A program made the translations under genes and the position numbers. Positions 18,277 to 27,897 of a stretch of DNA of 64,000 nt are shown one piece after another. Below the pieces are notes generated by a model. It saw nothing but the letters and a program-made list of their open reading frames with translations. It was not told where the DNA came from and ran no database searches. The DNA is from Patescibacteria group bacterium (GTDB taxonomy: Bacteria > Patescibacteriota > Minisyncoccia > 2-02-FULL-40-12): positions 7,857 to 71,856 of the forward strand of contig JBBTXZ010000003.1 of NCBI GenBank assembly GCA_038062015.1, written 5' to 3'. Position 1 is the stretch's first letter, and every line of letters begins with the position of its first letter.

Positions 18277-19506
18277 TTATAAATTTTTAATCACTTCAAT
18301 CGCCTTTTCCAACTGCGGATCCAGGTCACTTTTGATGTCTTCTTCGGTTCTCTCAACCTTAATGTCCGGCTCGATCCCTTCATCAGAAATTGACCGGCCT
18401 TTTGGCGTCAACCACTTTGCCACTGTAACCTTTAAAGCCGTTTTAAATCTTAATTCTTCAATCTGCTGAACCGAACCTTTGCCAAAAGTCTTTTCCCCTA
18501 TTAATTTAACCCCTTTATTATCGTGTAAAGCGCCAGCCACAATTTCCGATGCCGAAGCTGAACCTTTATTTATCAATATCACGACTTTCACATCCTTCAA
18601 AAAGCCATTTGGTTTAGCTTTCAACTCATCTTTTTGGCCGATGCCCCGCTGAGCGGGGCCGTTGCCGAAATCCTCAATCACCACCACTTGGCCCGGCTCC
18701 AGGAAATAGCTTGAAATATCAATAGCTAAATCAAGAAGCCCGCCCGGATTGTTCCTTAAATCCAAAATCAATTTTTTGGCGGCGCCCTGTTTTTTTAATT
18801 CTTTAAGCGCTTGGTCAAACTCATTTTTAGCTATCTGATTAAAGCTGAAAAGCTGGATATGGCCTATGTCAGGCTCTATTTTTAACCATTTGACCGTCGG
18901 GATTTTTATCCTGTCTCTGGTTAGTTCAAATTCTTTAGTTTCTTCTTGGCTGTCTTTTTTTCTAGAAATAGTTAAAATAACTTTAGTTCCCCGTCGCCCC
19001 CTTATTTTCGAAACTGCTTCTTCTAAAGTGATTCCGGCGGTTGAATCGCTGTCAATTTTTAAAATTTTATCGCCGGCAATTATTCCGGCCCGGTCAGCCG
19101 GCGTATCCTTTAAAGGCGCAATAACTGTCAATACATCTTCCCTCATTCCAATTTCAATTCCTATTCCGGCAAATTCCCCTTTTATGTCTTCCTGCAGTCT
19201 CTTGGATTCTTTAGCTTCTAAAAATACGGTAAAAGGATCGCCGACGCTTTTTACCATTCCCTCAATTGCTCCAAAAATCATTTCTTGAGTGTTTAAATCT
19301 GAACGGCCGACGTATCTTTCGTGGATTAAATTCCAAGCATCCCAAAATAAACTAAAATCAACCGATTCGGGCTGGCCGAGATCTCTATTGATCAACTCTC
19401 TCAACCCGCCGCCAAAAGGCTCCCGGCTTTTTTGAAACTCAATCCCGCCGAAAAAACCGGCTACCAGAGAAATAATTATGATTGTAACGAGAGTTTTTCT
19501 GTTCAT
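18277..19506 (-). CDS. ctpA: Carboxyl-terminal processing protease (S41)
   Basis: PDZ domain and S41 catalytic region (GSASASEI..., K dyad). N-terminal TM anchor. Confidence 0.8.
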   Translation of the reverse strand: MNRKTLVTIIIISLVAGFFGGIEFQKSREPFGGGLRELINRDLGQPESVDFSLFWDAWNLIHERYVGRSDLNTQEMIFGAIEGMVKSVGDPFTVFLEAKESKRLQEDIKGEFAGIGIEIGMREDVLTVIAPLKDTPADRAGIIAGDKILKIDSDSTAGITLEEAVSKIRGRRGTKVILTISRKKDSQEETKEFELTRDRIKIPTVKWLKIEPDIGHIQLFSFNQIAKNEFDQALKELKKQGAAKKLILDLRNNPGGLLDLAIDISSYFLEPGQVVVIEDFGNGPAQRGIGQKDELKAKPNGFLKDVKVVILINKGSASASEIVAGALHDNKGVKLIGEKTFGKGSVQQIEELRFKTALKVTVAKWLTPKGRSISDEGIEPDIKVERTEEDIKSDLDPQLEKAIEVIKNL

Positions 19507-19516
19507 TTAAAGTTTC

Positions 19517-20647
19517 TTAATTATACTTTAAATCTCCTAAAATATCCAGAATTTCTTTTTTGAATCGCTCAAAGCTGAATTTTTTAGAATACTTCCCTAT
19601 TGCCTCTTTATTATAGCGGCCATCTCTTATTTTTCTATCAATTGATTTTATCGCTTCGGCTAACTCGTCTTGTTTTAGTTTGTAAAAAAACTCTCCGGTT
19701 ATGCCTTCTAAAACCGTTTCGGTTGCTCCGCCGGCATTATACGCCAAAACCGGTTTTCCAAAAGACATCGCTTCAATCGGCGAGATTCCAAAATCTTCTT
19801 CATTGCAAATAAGGTAAGCTAAGCAGTTTTGGTAATAAAAAGACAATTCTTCATCCGGCACAAAACTAACTAATTTTATATTCCCGCTCTCCCCTACTAA
19901 TTTTTTCAAATGCTTTTTTTCCGGACCTTCGCCGGCGATAATTAAATTAAACTCCGGTAAATTTTTAAAAGTTTCAACCGCCAAATCAATATTTTTATGC
20001 GGGTAGAGCTGACTGACAATCAAAAAATAATTTTGAAATTTAAAGTTAGCGATTAGCGATTGACGATTAGCGATTGTGTTAACTGGCGGATAAATCACTC
20101 TTACCTCGCGGCCATAATATTTTTTAATCCTTTCAGCCACATGATTTGAGTTGGCGATAACGATATCCGGCCTTTGGCCGGCCGACCAATCCGAAAGCCT
20201 CAATAAATGCTGCCCCAGTTTAATTAAAGACAACTTGAACCCACTCCTGCCTCTTTCTTTAAAATCCCTGACATATTCATGGGTTCTATCCCATAAAATA
20301 CGGGAAGGGCTGTGATAGTAACAAATATGTTTTGAATCTTGTTTTACCAAAATACCGTGGCTGAATTCATGGTTTGAGGAAATAACCAGATCGAATTCTG
20401 ATAAATCAAAAGATTCCACAACCAAAGGCATTAAAACTTTAAACCAAGGATGGAGTTTTTTTATATTCGGGATTTTTTGCAGAAACGAAGGAATTATTTT
20501 TGCACGAGGAAGATATTCGGAAGCGAATTTTTTATCGTAAAAAAGAGTATAGATTGGTGCTTCCGGGGAAATTTTATGCAAGGCGATTAAAACCCTTTCG
20601 GCGCCTCCTAAATGAGTAAGCCAATCGTGGACAAGAGCTATTTTCAT
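19517..20647 (-). CDS. Glycosyltransferase family 4 (GT-B)
   Basis: MKIALVHDWLTHLGGAERV N-terminus and C-terminal GT1 E..FG motif. Contains an in-frame (TAGCGAT)n 7-mer tandem at about 20045-20075. Confidence 0.7.
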   Translation of the reverse strand: MKIALVHDWLTHLGGAERVLIALHKISPEAPIYTLFYDKKFASEYLPRAKIIPSFLQKIPNIKKLHPWFKVLMPLVVESFDLSEFDLVISSNHEFSHGILVKQDSKHICYYHSPSRILWDRTHEYVRDFKERGRSGFKLSLIKLGQHLLRLSDWSAGQRPDIVIANSNHVAERIKKYYGREVRVIYPPVNTIANRQSLIANFKFQNYFLIVSQLYPHKNIDLAVETFKNLPEFNLIIAGEGPEKKHLKKLVGESGNIKLVSFVPDEELSFYYQNCLAYLICNEEDFGISPIEAMSFGKPVLAYNAGGATETVLEGITGEFFYKLKQDELAEAIKSIDRKIRDGRYNKEAIGKYSKKFSFERFKKEILDILGDLKYN

Positions 20648-20672
20648 TCACGGTTTTCTAATCCTAACGATA

Positions 20673-21689
20673 TCATCTTCTCGTGATTATATTCCTCTTA
20701 TAAATATCCAAATTTTCCAGAACCATTCCAGTCCCTTTGGCTACGCAAAGAAGCGGCTCATCGGCGATGTGCGAGGTAACACCAGTCACTCGGGTCACAA
20801 AAACATCCATGTTTTTTAGAAGAGCGCTGCCGCCGGTAAGCATTATCCCCCGTTCAATTATGTCGGCGCAAAGTTCGGGCGGAGTTTCCTGCAAAACCTT
20901 CTTGACCACCTGGCTGATTTCTTTCAGCTGTTCCTGAATAGCTTCATTGACTTCATTAGAAGTAATATCGATCGTTTTAGGAAGACCGGTAACCAGGTCA
21001 CGGCCTCTAATAGATAATGTTTCTTCGCTAGAGATTCTCACCGCTGTCCCGATATTTATTTTAATCAATTCGGCTGTTCTTTCGCCTATCGCCAGATTGT
21101 GCTTTTTTTTGACGTAATCAATAATTCCTTGGTCAATTTTATTGCCGCCACATCTTATGCCGGCGCTTACCACCACTCCGCCCAAACTAATTATGGCTAC
21201 TTCAGTCGTGCCGCCGCCGATATTAACCACCATGTGGCCATAAGAAGAATTAATCGGGATCCCCGCGCCGATTGCCGCCAAAACCGGCTCTTTAACAAGA
21301 TAAACCGCTTTTACTCCGGCATTCATCCCAGCTTCAATCACCGCTCTTCTTTCGGTTGAATTTATGGCCACCGGCACCGAAATCAAAATTTCTTTTTTAG
21401 AAAAATTGAATTTATTGAACGATTTGTTAATAAAGTATTTTATCATTGCCTGAGTCACTTTATAATCGGCAATCACCCCTTCTTTAAGGGGTTTGACCAC
21501 TGAAATCGTATCCGGCGCCCGGCCGACCATTTCTTTGGCTAAGCTGCCCACGGCCAGGATGCGGTTATCAAATAAAGAAATGGCCACCACCGATGGTTCA
21601 TTGATTTTAATGCCGTTGCCCGGAACAAAGACAAGAGTATTGGTTGTTCCTAAATCTATCCCGATTTTTCTGGACATTGTTAGATTCAC
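20673..21689 (-). CDS. mreB: MreB/Mbl actin-like rod-shape protein (paralog 1)
   Basis: IGIDLGTTNTLVFV phosphate-1 motif and MreB-wide similarity. Confidence 0.85.
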   Translation of the reverse strand: MNLTMSRKIGIDLGTTNTLVFVPGNGIKINEPSVVAISLFDNRILAVGSLAKEMVGRAPDTISVVKPLKEGVIADYKVTQAMIKYFINKSFNKFNFSKKEILISVPVAINSTERRAVIEAGMNAGVKAVYLVKEPVLAAIGAGIPINSSYGHMVVNIGGGTTEVAIISLGGVVVSAGIRCGGNKIDQGIIDYVKKKHNLAIGERTAELIKINIGTAVRISSEETLSIRGRDLVTGLPKTIDITSNEVNEAIQEQLKEISQVVKKVLQETPPELCADIIERGIMLTGGSALLKNMDVFVTRVTGVTSHIADEPLLCVAKGTGMVLENLDIYKRNIITRR

Positions 21690-21721
21690 AATTTAACAAA
21701 ATTAGTGTAAAATGACAATCT

Positions 21722-22597
21722 ATGGGTAAAAGGTCGAAAAACCTGATTTTAATCGGTTCGTTTATTTCCTTTTTTATTTTAAGCTATCTGATCGTACTAT
21801 ACGCTTTCGGCTACCAGTTTGATTTTAAAAATTTAAAATGGATAGAAACCGGAGGTATTTTGGTTAAAGCAAATCTAGACGGAGTTAAAGTTTATATCGA
21901 CGGCCAGCTTAAAGGTAAAACTTCGTTTTTATCAAACACATTTGTTGAAAAAAACCTTTTGCCCGGAAAGTACGAATTAGAATTTCAAAAAGAAGGATTC
22001 TCAATTTTAAATAAAATCGTTGAAATTAAATCCGGCGAAGCGAGCCAGTTAGCCAATCTTTATCTGACCGAGGTCGAAGAGATAAACGAATTTATTGAAA
22101 ACTCTAAACCGATAAAAGAAAATCCAGACTATTTTATAAGTAAAACCGACGGCCTCCTTTATCGGGAGTTTGAAAATGAGAAAATAGAAAAAATTTCTTC
22201 CGAGTCGGTTTATATAAAAAATTTCAGTTTAAAAATCCTGCAGGAAAATGTCTATCTGGCTTCCCGCGACTCTAAAGCGCCGGGAGCCTTCCTGCTGGAT
22301 TCGAAAGGCCAATGGCTGGAAATCCATTCTTTGCCGACTAATGACCTTATTTTATCGCCGGACAACAGAAAACTGGCCGTAGTCGGCCCAAATGAGATAA
22401 CTATTTTATGGCTCAAAAATGAGAATGGGCCGCCTTATTTTGAAAAAAGCCACAAAGAAACTTTGAAAATCAGGGAAACAATAAAAAAGGCATTTTGGTT
22501 TAAAACCGGCTGGCATATCATCTACCTGACCGAAAACGGCGAAACCCATTTTTTAGAAATAGACCCTCTTGGCGGCCGGAACGATCTAGTTATTTAG
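21722..22597 (+). CDS. PEGA-domain membrane protein
   Basis: N-terminal TM helix. GVKVYIDGQLKGKT...LLPGKYELEFQKEGF PEGA motif. Confidence 0.5.
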   Translation: MGKRSKNLILIGSFISFFILSYLIVLYAFGYQFDFKNLKWIETGGILVKANLDGVKVYIDGQLKGKTSFLSNTFVEKNLLPGKYELEFQKEGFSILNKIVEIKSGEASQLANLYLTEVEEINEFIENSKPIKENPDYFISKTDGLLYREFENEKIEKISSESVYIKNFSLKILQENVYLASRDSKAPGAFLLDSKGQWLEIHSLPTNDLILSPDNRKLAVVGPNEITILWLKNENGPPYFEKSHKETLKIRETIKKAFWFKTGWHIIYLTENGETHFLEIDPLGGRNDLVI

Positions 22598-22599
22598 AA

Positions 22600-22640
22600 A
22601 AGAAAACCCGCCGAAGCGAGTTTTCCGCTGGCGGGTTGGG
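22600..22640. terminator. Bidirectional hairpin terminator between convergent genes
   Basis: CCCGCCGAAGCGAGTTTTCCGCTGGCGGG with nested stems (CCCGCC/GGCGGG and AGCG/CGCT), flanked by A- and T-tracts. Confidence 0.5.
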
Positions 22641-22792
22641 CTAGTTCTTTTGAACTGGCATTGCTGGTCAGGCATCAGCTATCGCACATTCGTTTGAGCA
22701 ATCGTTCAGTCGCTTTTACTTCATAATCCGAATAGCGAATGTATTGAAGTTAAATTATTGTTTATTTCAATGCGGCGTCGCCCATCTTTAAC

Positions 22793-23404
22793 TCAAAATT
22801 TTTTGAGCTTTTTTCTTAGATCAACTATTCCACTACCAGTTTTAACCCAATTACCTTTTTCGTCTTTCTTTATACCTTCCCAAGACATCGCCCTGCCTTT
22901 ACCATCGGGATAATTAACATCTTCCTGGCCCCAGATCCATTTATAGGCTTTCAATATAACTTCGGGTTCTTCACCATTTATATCTTTCCATTTAACATCT
23001 CTGAGAACGTCATCCGGTTCCTTTCCATTATAGACTTTTTCCAAAGCGTTTATAATTTCTATTGTTCCTTTAGGATCTTTATGGCTCTTTTCTTCTAAAT
23101 CTTCAAATATATTTTTATGAGAAATGAGCCATAATGTTTTATCAGTAGGATTAAATATCCAAACCATAAAATCTTCTCGTTTTATGGTGCCAAAAGTAAA
23201 TTTACCGCCCGGTTTTGTTATTACTATTTTCCTCCCATCTTTTAATGATTCGACTTCGTATCCCCTATAAGCGATACTCTCCAACTCTTTTCTAAATCTG
23301 TCTTTAGGAGCATTCTTAATTTTAAGATCGGTGAGATTAATTTCGTGAGCATAAATATTTATTTTTGCTTTTCTTTTTGTATTTACTTTGTCAACTTTAC
23401 TCAT
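22793..23404 (-). CDS. Hypothetical protein. Candidate cognate restriction endonuclease, overlapping the methyltransferase stop by 4 nt.
   Basis: Operon position directly downstream of a beta-class MTase. Possible PD...ExK-like NPTD(x14)EDLEEK. No recognisable family. Confidence 0.3.
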   Translation of the reverse strand: MSKVDKVNTKRKAKINIYAHEINLTDLKIKNAPKDRFRKELESIAYRGYEVESLKDGRKIVITKPGGKFTFGTIKREDFMVWIFNPTDKTLWLISHKNIFEDLEEKSHKDPKGTIEIINALEKVYNGKEPDDVLRDVKWKDINGEEPEVILKAYKWIWGQEDVNYPDGKGRAMSWEGIKKDEKGNWVKTGSGIVDLRKKLKKF

Positions 23405-24246
23405 ATCGAAGAAAATACAGAATTAGATATAGATGCCTTAAGACGTCTAACAGATAAATCTAAATATTCTTTTTCAGCATCAATGCCTATGAATTTTCTC
23501 CCGTTTTTTATCGCGGCCAATCCAGTTGTTGAACTGCCGGTAAAAGGGTCTAATACTATATCGCTCTTATTAGTGCTGGCTAAAATGATTCTTTCTAATA
23601 AAGCTACTGGTTTTTGAGTCGGGTGCTTGCCGAATTTTTTTTCTTCTTTTTGAGGCGTGATAAATGACCAAATTGTTCTCATTTGTTTATCAGAAACTTT
23701 AATTAAATCTTCCGGCCATTTTCCGGTTCTCATTAAGTTATAATTAAAAGTATGTTTGGCTTTCTTGTCTTTTCTTGCCCAAAGTAATGTTTCGTGGCTT
23801 GCAGTAAAATAACGGCCACTAAGATTCGGTGATGCATTAGGTTTAAACCAGGCAATATCATTGAGTATATGATAGCCGAGTGACTGCAAAGCATAACCGC
23901 ACTGATAAATAGAGTGGTAGGTGCCGCTAATCCAAATAGTTCCGCGAGGTTTTAATACTCTTTTACACTCGCTAATCCAATTTATATGAAACTGGAGATC
24001 TTCTTCAAAGCCATTGCTTTTATCCCAGTCGCCTTTATTCACACTCACTCTTTTACCGGCATGAACGGTAAATCCTCCATTTGATAAGTTATAAGGAGGG
24101 TCGGCAAAAATCATATCTATAGAGTTTTCCGGTAGTTGTTGGAGTAGTTTAAGAGAATCACCGTGATACAAAACAAAATTATCAGCTGTAAAATAAGGCT
24201 TTTCTTTTACCTTGGATAAAATTTTACCGTTAGTCCCGTCCGCCAT
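23401..24246 (-). CDS. DNA methyltransferase, beta-class (N6-adenine or N4-cytosine)
   Basis: Motif IV DPPY (FADPPYNL) lies N-terminal to motif I VLDPFTGSSTTG. Confidence 0.85.
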   Translation of the reverse strand: MADGTNGKILSKVKEKPYFTADNFVLYHGDSLKLLQQLPENSIDMIFADPPYNLSNGGFTVHAGKRVSVNKGDWDKSNGFEEDLQFHINWISECKRVLKPRGTIWISGTYHSIYQCGYALQSLGYHILNDIAWFKPNASPNLSGRYFTASHETLLWARKDKKAKHTFNYNLMRTGKWPEDLIKVSDKQMRTIWSFITPQKEEKKFGKHPTQKPVALLERIILASTNKSDIVLDPFTGSSTTGLAAIKNGRKFIGIDAEKEYLDLSVRRLKASISNSVFSSI

Positions 24247-24317
24247 AAGAAAATTATCTCTATTTTTTGATAATAAATCAATATTAACTTCAACGGCTTA
24301 CCCTAGTCGGTCTATTA

Positions 24318-24346
24318 AGAAAAAGTGCCCAAGTGGGTGCTTTTTC
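24318..24346 (-). terminator. Rho-independent terminator after rpsI
   Basis: GCACCCACTTGGGCAC hairpin flanked by A5 and T5 runs. Confidence 0.6.
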
Positions 24347-24354
24347 AAAACTTT

Positions 24355-24831
24355 TTAGCGCTTCGCCCACTGCGGGGCCTTACGGGCTTTCTTTAATCCA
24401 TATTTCCTGCGTTCTTTGATACGGGAGTCCTGGGTCAGATAGCCGAATTTTTTGAGTTTCTTCTTATAGTTGATGTCAAATAAAACCAAAGCCCGCGATA
24501 TTCCAAGCCGAATCGCCTCGGCTTGCCCTTTTAATCCCCCGCCTCCAACCTTTACAGAGCCCTTGAACCTGTCCAGTGATTTTAATTTTTTCAACGGTTC
24601 TTCAACCTCGTTTTGAAGAAATAGATCTTTGAAATATTCCTGATAAGGCTTTTGATTAATTGAAATCAGGCCTTTGTCTTCGGGAAATTTATCGCCGGCT
24701 TTCTTAGTAAAAAGTCTTACTCGGGCAACTGATTCTTTTCTCCGGCCGACTGCTTCAAGATATCTCTCTCTTTCTTCAACGGCTTCCTCTGTTTTCACCT
24801 CTTTTTTTATCTTCGTTTTTGCTTTAGGCAT
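24355..24831 (-). CDS. rpsI: 30S ribosomal protein S9 (Lys-rich N-terminal extension)
   Basis: C-terminal ...RRKYGLKKARKAPQWAKR and S9 core. Confidence 0.85.
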   Translation of the reverse strand: MPKAKTKIKKEVKTEEAVEERERYLEAVGRRKESVARVRLFTKKAGDKFPEDKGLISINQKPYQEYFKDLFLQNEVEEPLKKLKSLDRFKGSVKVGGGGLKGQAEAIRLGISRALVLFDINYKKKLKKFGYLTQDSRIKERRKYGLKKARKAPQWAKR

Positions 24832-24835
24832 CGGG

Positions 24836-25174
24836 TTATTTTATTTCAAGATTCTTTATCATTTCTTTCCTTAACCTGTTTTTGGGCAGCATTCCCCAGA
24901 CCGCGCGTCTTAAAACTTCGTTTGGATTTTTTTGGAAAACGTCTTTGACTTTTTTCTCTCTTAAGCCCCCGGGGTAGCCGGAATAATGATAATATTTTTT
25001 TTGCTCCATTTTTTTCCCAGTCAGTTTTACTTTTTGAACGTTTTCAACCAAGACTTTTTCACGAGATAAAATATGGGGCTGAAACTTAGGATTAGTCTTG
25101 CCGCGTAAAATAGAGGCTACTTGTGAAGCCAGGCGCCCCAAAGATTGATTTGTTGCATCTATTCTGTAAATCAT
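24836..25174 (-). CDS. rplM: 50S ribosomal protein L13
   Basis: YRIDATNQSLGRLASQVASILRGK L13 N-terminus. Confidence 0.85.
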   Translation of the reverse strand: MIYRIDATNQSLGRLASQVASILRGKTNPKFQPHILSREKVLVENVQKVKLTGKKMEQKKYYHYSGYPGGLREKKVKDVFQKNPNEVLRRAVWGMLPKNRLRKEMIKNLEIK

Positions 25175-25179
25175 GTATC

Positions 25180-25202
25180 TTCCGGAAGCCTTGCTTCCGG
25201 AA
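25180..25202 (-). promoter_or_regulatory. Perfect 10-bp hairpin between rplQ and rplM (processing or attenuation site?)
   Basis: TTCCGGAAGC-CTT-GCTTCCGGAA. Confidence 0.4.
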
Positions 25203-25213
25203 TCTTAAATCTA

Positions 25214-25561
25214 TTACACCAATTCAATAATCGCCATTTTCGCGCCATCAGATTCACGAGGCGCTAATTTTATTATTCTGGTATAGCCGCCACGCCTTTC
25301 TTTGTATGAAGGGGCGATGTCATTGAATAGTTTTTGAGTAATTGAATTGGGTAAATATCTTCTGACCTGGCGTCTTTTATGAAGATCGCCCGCCTTGGCT
25401 TTAGTAATCAGAGGTTCTATGAACCGTCTTAATTCTTTGGCTTTAGCTTCAGTGGTTTTTATTTTTTTATGAAGCACCAGTGAAGAAACAAGGCTTCTGA
25501 ATAAAGCCTTCCGTTGTTCTTTAACTCTCCCGAATTTTCCCCCTTTCTTTCTTTTACGCAT
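25214..25561 (-). CDS. rplQ: 50S ribosomal protein L17
   Basis: [45 protein letters not shown]. Confidence 0.9.
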   Translation of the reverse strand: MRKRKKGGKFGRVKEQRKALFRSLVSSLVLHKKIKTTEAKAKELRRFIEPLITKAKAGDLHKRRQVRRYLPNSITQKLFNDIAPSYKERRGGYTRIIKLAPRESDGAKMAIIELV

Positions 25562-25579
25562 AATTAAACTTTGAAACTT

Positions 25580-26365
25580 TTAAACTTTTTCTTTCTTCGG
25601 TCTTCCTCTTTTCTTCTTAGACTTATCTTCTTTACTTTCAGAAAATATCGGTTTTTCCCCTTTGGCTGGGTCTTCTGACTTTAAATTCACGTTCTCGCCT
25701 ATGGTTTTAAACTGCTCAAGTAAAATTTCAACCGCTTTTTTTAAAACTTCTTCGGGGGCGGCGCTGCCGTCTGTTTCAATATTTATGAATAATTTATTGT
25801 AATCAGTCTTATCTCCTACTCTGATATTTTCAACCTGGAAACTGACCCTTTTTACCGGACTGAAAATCGCATCAATGGCTATTTCTCCCACTGAAAGTTT
25901 TTCCTTCTGTTTTTGTTCAACCGGCACATAGCCAATGCCTTTTTCCACTTCTATTTCCATATTCACTTCGGCACGCTTATCGCTGATTGTTAAGACTAAT
26001 TGATCCGGATTAACTACGCTTGCGCCGGTAGGAAGTTTTAAATCGACGGCTTTAACTTCTCTTTCGCCTTTTACGGCCAATATCGCTTTAGCCGAATCAA
26101 GGCCGGACAATTTAAATCTGACTTTTTTTAAATTTAAAATTATATCCACCACATCTTCTAAAACGCCGGGGATAGTTGTGAATTCATGAGGTACGCCTTC
26201 TATTTTAATTTTAACCGCCGCTGCTCCCTCCATCGATGAAAGCAAAACCCGTCTCAATGAATTCCCTATGGTCGCACCATATCCGGTATAAAGGGGGCTA
26301 ATTTCAAAAACCGTCCGGTTCCCCTGTTTTTCGACTACTTTTAATTCTCCGATAAGTATGGACAT
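25580..26365 (-). CDS. rpoA: RNA polymerase alpha subunit. NTD only, with the alpha-CTD replaced by a short Lys-rich tail.
   Basis: N-terminal domain is conserved (EISPLYTGYGATIGNSLRRVLLSS). Protein ends at 261 aa with KKKRGRPKKEKV. Confidence 0.85.
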   Translation of the reverse strand: MSILIGELKVVEKQGNRTVFEISPLYTGYGATIGNSLRRVLLSSMEGAAAVKIKIEGVPHEFTTIPGVLEDVVDIILNLKKVRFKLSGLDSAKAILAVKGEREVKAVDLKLPTGASVVNPDQLVLTISDKRAEVNMEIEVEKGIGYVPVEQKQKEKLSVGEIAIDAIFSPVKRVSFQVENIRVGDKTDYNKLFINIETDGSAAPEEVLKKAVEILLEQFKTIGENVNLKSEDPAKGEKPIFSESKEDKSKKKRGRPKKEKV

Positions 26366-26367
26366 AT

Positions 26368-27006
26368 TTATCTCGAGTAAAATTCTATTATAGCCTGAAT
26401 ATCTTTGTGATCAAGGCCGCTTTCGGCTAAATTCGGTAAATTTTTTATTCTGCCGATAAAACTTTCTTTATCTACGTCAAGCCAGCTCGGCGGCTGGTAT
26501 TTTTTAAAAAATCTAGGCAAAAAAGAAGAAAAATATCTGTTCCCCAGATTACTTGGCTTTATTTTTATAGTATCTCCGACCTTAACCTTAGAAGAAGGAA
26601 TATTAATAGGCTTTTCATTAACCAAGAAATGACCGTGGCTTACAAGTTGTCTGGCAGTATCTCTGGCGTCTGAAAAACCCATTCTGAAAACGACATTATC
26701 AAGCCTTCTTTCCAAATTTTGGATCAAGGCCTCACCTCTGTCGCCTTTTGATTTCAAAGACTGATCAATGTATTTTCTGAATTGTTTTTCTAAAACCCGA
26801 TAAATAGCTCTGATTTTCTGTTTTGAAATCAGCTGAAGGCCGTACTCGGAAAGTTTTCTGCTTTTTGTTCTTCTGCCGTGCATTCCCGGTGGATAAGGTT
26901 TTTTTACGGTTGCCGCTTTTGGAGAATAAGAACGCTCGCCTTTCAAAAAAAGCTTTTCACCAAGTCGTCTTTCAATTTTTTCTTTTGGTCCGGTGTATCT
27001 GGCCAT
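26368..27006 (-). CDS. rpsD: 30S ribosomal protein S4
   Basis: MARYTGPKEKIERRLGEKLFLKGERS. Confidence 0.9.
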   Translation of the reverse strand: MARYTGPKEKIERRLGEKLFLKGERSYSPKAATVKKPYPPGMHGRRTKSRKLSEYGLQLISKQKIRAIYRVLEKQFRKYIDQSLKSKGDRGEALIQNLERRLDNVVFRMGFSDARDTARQLVSHGHFLVNEKPINIPSSKVKVGDTIKIKPSNLGNRYFSSFLPRFFKKYQPPSWLDVDKESFIGRIKNLPNLAESGLDHKDIQAIIEFYSR

Positions 27007-27011
27007 GATTT

Positions 27012-27038
27012 AGTTGATTAGTTTTAAACTAATCAACT
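27012..27038. promoter_or_regulatory. Perfect 13-bp palindrome between rpsK and rpsD
   Basis: AGTTGATTAGTTT-T-AAACTAATCAACT. Confidence 0.4.
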
Positions 27039-27053
27039 ACTTGATTAACTAAT

Positions 27054-27497
27054 TTATACTCTTCTCGGTTTCGGCGGCTTAACTCCGCCGTGCGGAATAG
27101 CCGTTCTATCAATTATTCCTCTGATATCTATGCCGGCCGAAGAAAGCCCCCTGATTGCCGCTTCACGTCCGGGGCCGACCCCTTTGACATAAACCTCAGC
27201 CTCGGTAAAGCCAAATCTTTTAGCTTTTTCTGCAGCCGCCTTACCGACCAAAGTGGCGGCAAAAGGCGTTGATTTTCTTGTGCCTTTAAATCCGAGATTG
27301 CCGGCCGAAGCCCAAGCGATAACATCTCCTTTTCCATCGGTTACGGCAACAATCGTATTATTAAAACTCGAATTTATAAAAACATTGCCTTTGATTACTT
27401 GTTTTTTAGCGGTTTTTTTTGAAACCTTAACTTCAATCCCTTTGTCAACGGCCAATGTTTCGTCGCTTGATTTTGTAACTATTTTTTTCTTACCCAT
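27054..27497 (-). CDS. rpsK: 30S ribosomal protein S11
   Basis: ASAGNLGFKGTRKSTPFAA...GPGREAAIRGL. Confidence 0.9.
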   Translation of the reverse strand: MGKKKIVTKSSDETLAVDKGIEVKVSKKTAKKQVIKGNVFINSSFNNTIVAVTDGKGDVIAWASAGNLGFKGTRKSTPFAATLVGKAAAEKAKRFGFTEAEVYVKGVGPGREAAIRGLSSAGIDIRGIIDRTAIPHGGVKPPKPRRV

Positions 27498-27510
27498 AAA
27501 ATTTCTGAGT

Positions 27511-27897
27511 TTAAGTCGGGCTTGCCGGCGGTCTTCTTCCGGAACCCATGGTCTTTCTAATATTGCCGCGCAAAGTTCTTGAATTAGTCTTAGTCCGGCC
27601 GCTGATCGGTAATTTTTTGACGTGCCTTATCCCCCGCCAAGCCCCTATTTCTTTTAATCTTTTGATGTTTCCCAAAATTTCCCTTCTTAATTCTCCTTCA
27701 ACCCGATAATTTTTTTCTATAATGCTTTGAATTTTATTTATCTCATCATTGGTCAATTCTTTTGCCCGTTTATCCGGATTCACACCGGCGGTTTTTAAAA
27801 TAAGCTTAGTTAAAGTCGGCCCTATTCCATAGATGTAGGTTAAAGCAATTTCAAGTCTTTTGTTGTCTGGGATGTTAACCCCCGAAATACGCGGCAT
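27511..27897 (-). CDS. rpsM: 30S ribosomal protein S13. The ORF track extends to 27966, but the S13 consensus begins at the internal MPRISGVNIP.
   Basis: MPRISGVNIPDNKRLEIALTYIYGIG. Confidence 0.8.
   Translation of the reverse strand: MPRISGVNIPDNKRLEIALTYIYGIGPTLTKLILKTAGVNPDKRAKELTNDEINKIQSIIEKNYRVEGELRREILGNIKRLKEIGAWRGIRHVKKLPISGRTKTNSRTLRGNIRKTMGSGRRPPASPT

Noticed and set aside
20040-20075. (TAGCGAT)x4 tandem repeat, considered as CRISPR or a phase-variation tract
   Set aside because: Only 4 short units, in-frame inside the glycosyltransferase (encodes IANRQSLIANF). No spacers or leader. No cas genes in the window.
22598-22792. 195-nt convergent intergenic region screened for SRP RNA/sRNA (contains GGTCAGG)
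   Set aside because: Lacks the conserved SRP domain IV GGAAGCAGCC motif. The structures present are adequately explained as bidirectional terminator hairpins.
27511-27560. Possible frameshift at the rpsM 3' end (tail MGSGRRPPASPT versus the alternative frame RKKTAGKPDLN resembling the S13 KTVAGKKK tail)
   Set aside because: Both frames give plausible basic tails. A single window cannot distinguish a genuine divergent C-terminus from a sequencing error. Not reported as a pseudogene.
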